Positions 62,040 through 64,000 of a stretch of DNA of 64,000 nucleotides are shown piece after piece. Position 1 is the stretch's first letter, and each line of letters starts with the position of its first letter. The DNA is from Felis catus (lineage: Eukaryota). The position numbers and the translations under genes are program-made. The stretch covers positions 3,596,001 through 3,660,000 of the forward strand of contig NC_058372.1 in NCBI RefSeq assembly GCF_018350175.1, written 5' to 3'. The notes below the pieces were generated by a model. The model ran no database searches, was not told the origin of the DNA, and saw only the letters and a program-made list of their open reading frames with translations.

Positions 62040-62690
62040 CCATAAGTGTTCTTTTTAATCCTCATTCTCGATTTAACCCATTACCCCCCGCCTCTGGTAA
62101 CCACCAGTTGGTTCTCTATAGTTAAGAGTCTGCTTCTTGGTTGGTCTTTCTTTCTTTTTTCCCTTTTGTTCATGTTTTGTTTCTTAAATTCCACATGGGA
62201 GTGAAATCATATGGTGTTTGTCTTTCTCTGACTTATTTCGCTTAGCATAATACTCTCTAGCTCCATGCAAGTTGTTGCCAAATGGCAAGATTTCCTTCTG
62301 TTTTTGTGGCTGAATAATATTCCATTGTCTATATACCACATCTACTTTATTCATTCATCTATCCATGGGCTGCTTTCATAGTTTGGCTATTGTAAATAAT
62401 GCTGCGATAAACAAAGGAATGCCTATACCCCTTTGAATTAGTGTTTTTTAAAAAATCTTTTGGATAAATACCCAGTAATGTGATTATTGGGCCTTAAGGG
62501 ACNNNNNNNNNNNNNNNNNNNNNNNNNNNNNNNNNNNNNNNNNNNNNNNNNNNNNNNNNNNNNNNNNNNNNNNNNNNNNNNNNNNNNNNNNNNNNNNNNN
62601 NNNNNNNNNNNNNNNNNNNNNNNNNNNNNNTGTTTTTGATTTTCGCCATTCTGCCAAGTGTGAGGCGATATCTCATTTTAATTGACTGAG
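62040..62690 (-). mobile_element. L1 3' end fragment (part masked)
   Basis: Antisense L1 3'UTR/ORF2 C-terminus (MRYRLTLGRMAKIKN). Confidence 0.8.
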
Positions 62691-63357
62691 TTTTTAATGC
62701 TGTCCAATAGGTGGGATTATCCCCAGATATTAAGCAGAATTAGTAATTTTATTTTCTGTCTTTCTATGAAGGAAGCCAAGAGTAATAAATCTCTCTGCCC
62801 CTTTTATGCCCCTCTTCCCCATGGCTTGACTTAGGTATTACCTCCCTTACTTTCTGACTCGTGCTATGCTGCCGAAGGTGTTGGGGTTACTACAACAAAA
62901 AGAAAACCAAAACTATTTATAATGCTTTCATGACAAAAAAATCTCCAGATATAAAAAATCAATATCCCTCTGCTGCCAGTTGCGGTAGGAAGTGTATGCA
63001 AAATGAAATAAAATTTCTGAATTGTCTTGATTTTAGCTATCATTTCCGTAAGAGAAAGTTCCTGGTCATTCGGAGATTATACAGTGGAAAAAAGTGATGT
63101 AGTTTCAGGCAACCAGATAAACCCGAAATGCATATACGACTTAATTACCAGTAGGTACATATGAAATGTGACCTGAGTCATAATTTGTGATCTTTCTCCA
63201 ATAAAATAAAAATTCATTAAAAGCAATTTGATATCAAGTACTACTATTTTTTCTTACATTGTGGAACCTTATACCTGACTTCTGGCCCATTGTAACCACT
63301 CAATAAATTTATTTCTACTTAGGAAAATTGTATATGAAAATTAAACAAACTCTACCA

Positions 63358-63573
63358 TTTTTTAAAAAAAGTGTTTATTTATTTTTGAGAGAGACAGAGT
63401 GCGAGCAGGGGAGGGGCAGAGAGGGAGACACAGAATCCAAAGCAGACTCCAGGCTCTGAGCTGTTGGCACGCAGCGTAATGTGGGGCTTTGAACTCATGG
63501 ACCGAGCGATCATGACTGGAGCCGAAGTTGGACACCGCCTTCAGTTAACCGACTGAGCCACCCAGGTGCCCCT
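63358..63573 (-). mobile_element. CanSINE
   Basis: SINE body and tail. Confidence 0.88.
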
Positions 63574-64000
63574 AATGTTTTATTTCTATAGTCAGGACTG
63601 TAGTAAACAGTAATCTGTTTGTGCAATAATTTTTTTAAATTCCAATTTAACTAGGAAGTTTTCTGAGGGTTTGTTCAGGCGAAGGACCATTCTACATATT
63701 CTGGTGGATTTAATGACCTAAAAAGATGTTTTCTGTGCCCACTGGGTCCTCATATCCTGATGACCAACATCCGGTGAGACAGAACACAGATTAAAAAACT
63801 CACTGTGCTAGAATTTCAAAGGAAGCAGGAAACCACACTCTAATATGAATGCCTTTATCCAACATTACACATATAAAACACTCCACTGATTTTAGCTATG
63901 GATAGCTAAGCTCTTTTCCATATGGATCCAGAGTTCCCTATTCCCAAATCCCCAAGTCTCAATGTCTGAAAGAGTTGCAAGAACAAAAATTTCTTCTATA

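Overview
Mammalian genomic DNA, most likely a felid: young feline-type CanSINEs are abundant. The window covers the tRNA-rich end of the main replication-dependent histone cluster. Gene order is decayed tRNA-Gln(+), tRNA-Ser-GCT(+), tRNA-Arg-TCG(-), tRNA-iMet(-), H4(+), H2B(-)/H2A(+) divergent pair, H3(+), solo H2B(-), H3(+), H4(-), H1.3(+), H2A pseudogene(-). From memory, this matches the human 6p22 HIST1 segment H4C8...H1-3/H2AC9P in reverse orientation; that match is unverified here. All intact histone genes carry a 3' stem-loop and a U7-type downstream element. Most core-histone coding interiors are hard-masked with N, so those sequences cannot be read. A 7.2-kb gammaretrovirus-like provirus (11405-18637, minus strand) lies between the Arg and iMet tRNA genes. 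It has paired LTRs about 2% diverged, a 4-bp TSD, a tRNA-Gln PBS, an in-frame UGA at the gag-pro junction, an internal young SINE, and a deletion that joins integrase in frame to the Env furin site and TM. An old HINT1 retrocopy, about 24 CanSINEs, several solo or nested LTRs, and L1/L2/MIR/MER relics fill the rest. No CRISPR arrays or rRNA genes were seen, and I cannot claim a wholly new system. The best leads are the SU-less provirus, sharp-edged sequence homogenisation of histone genes including a dead H2A, and a candidate downstream poly(A) exon for H2B.
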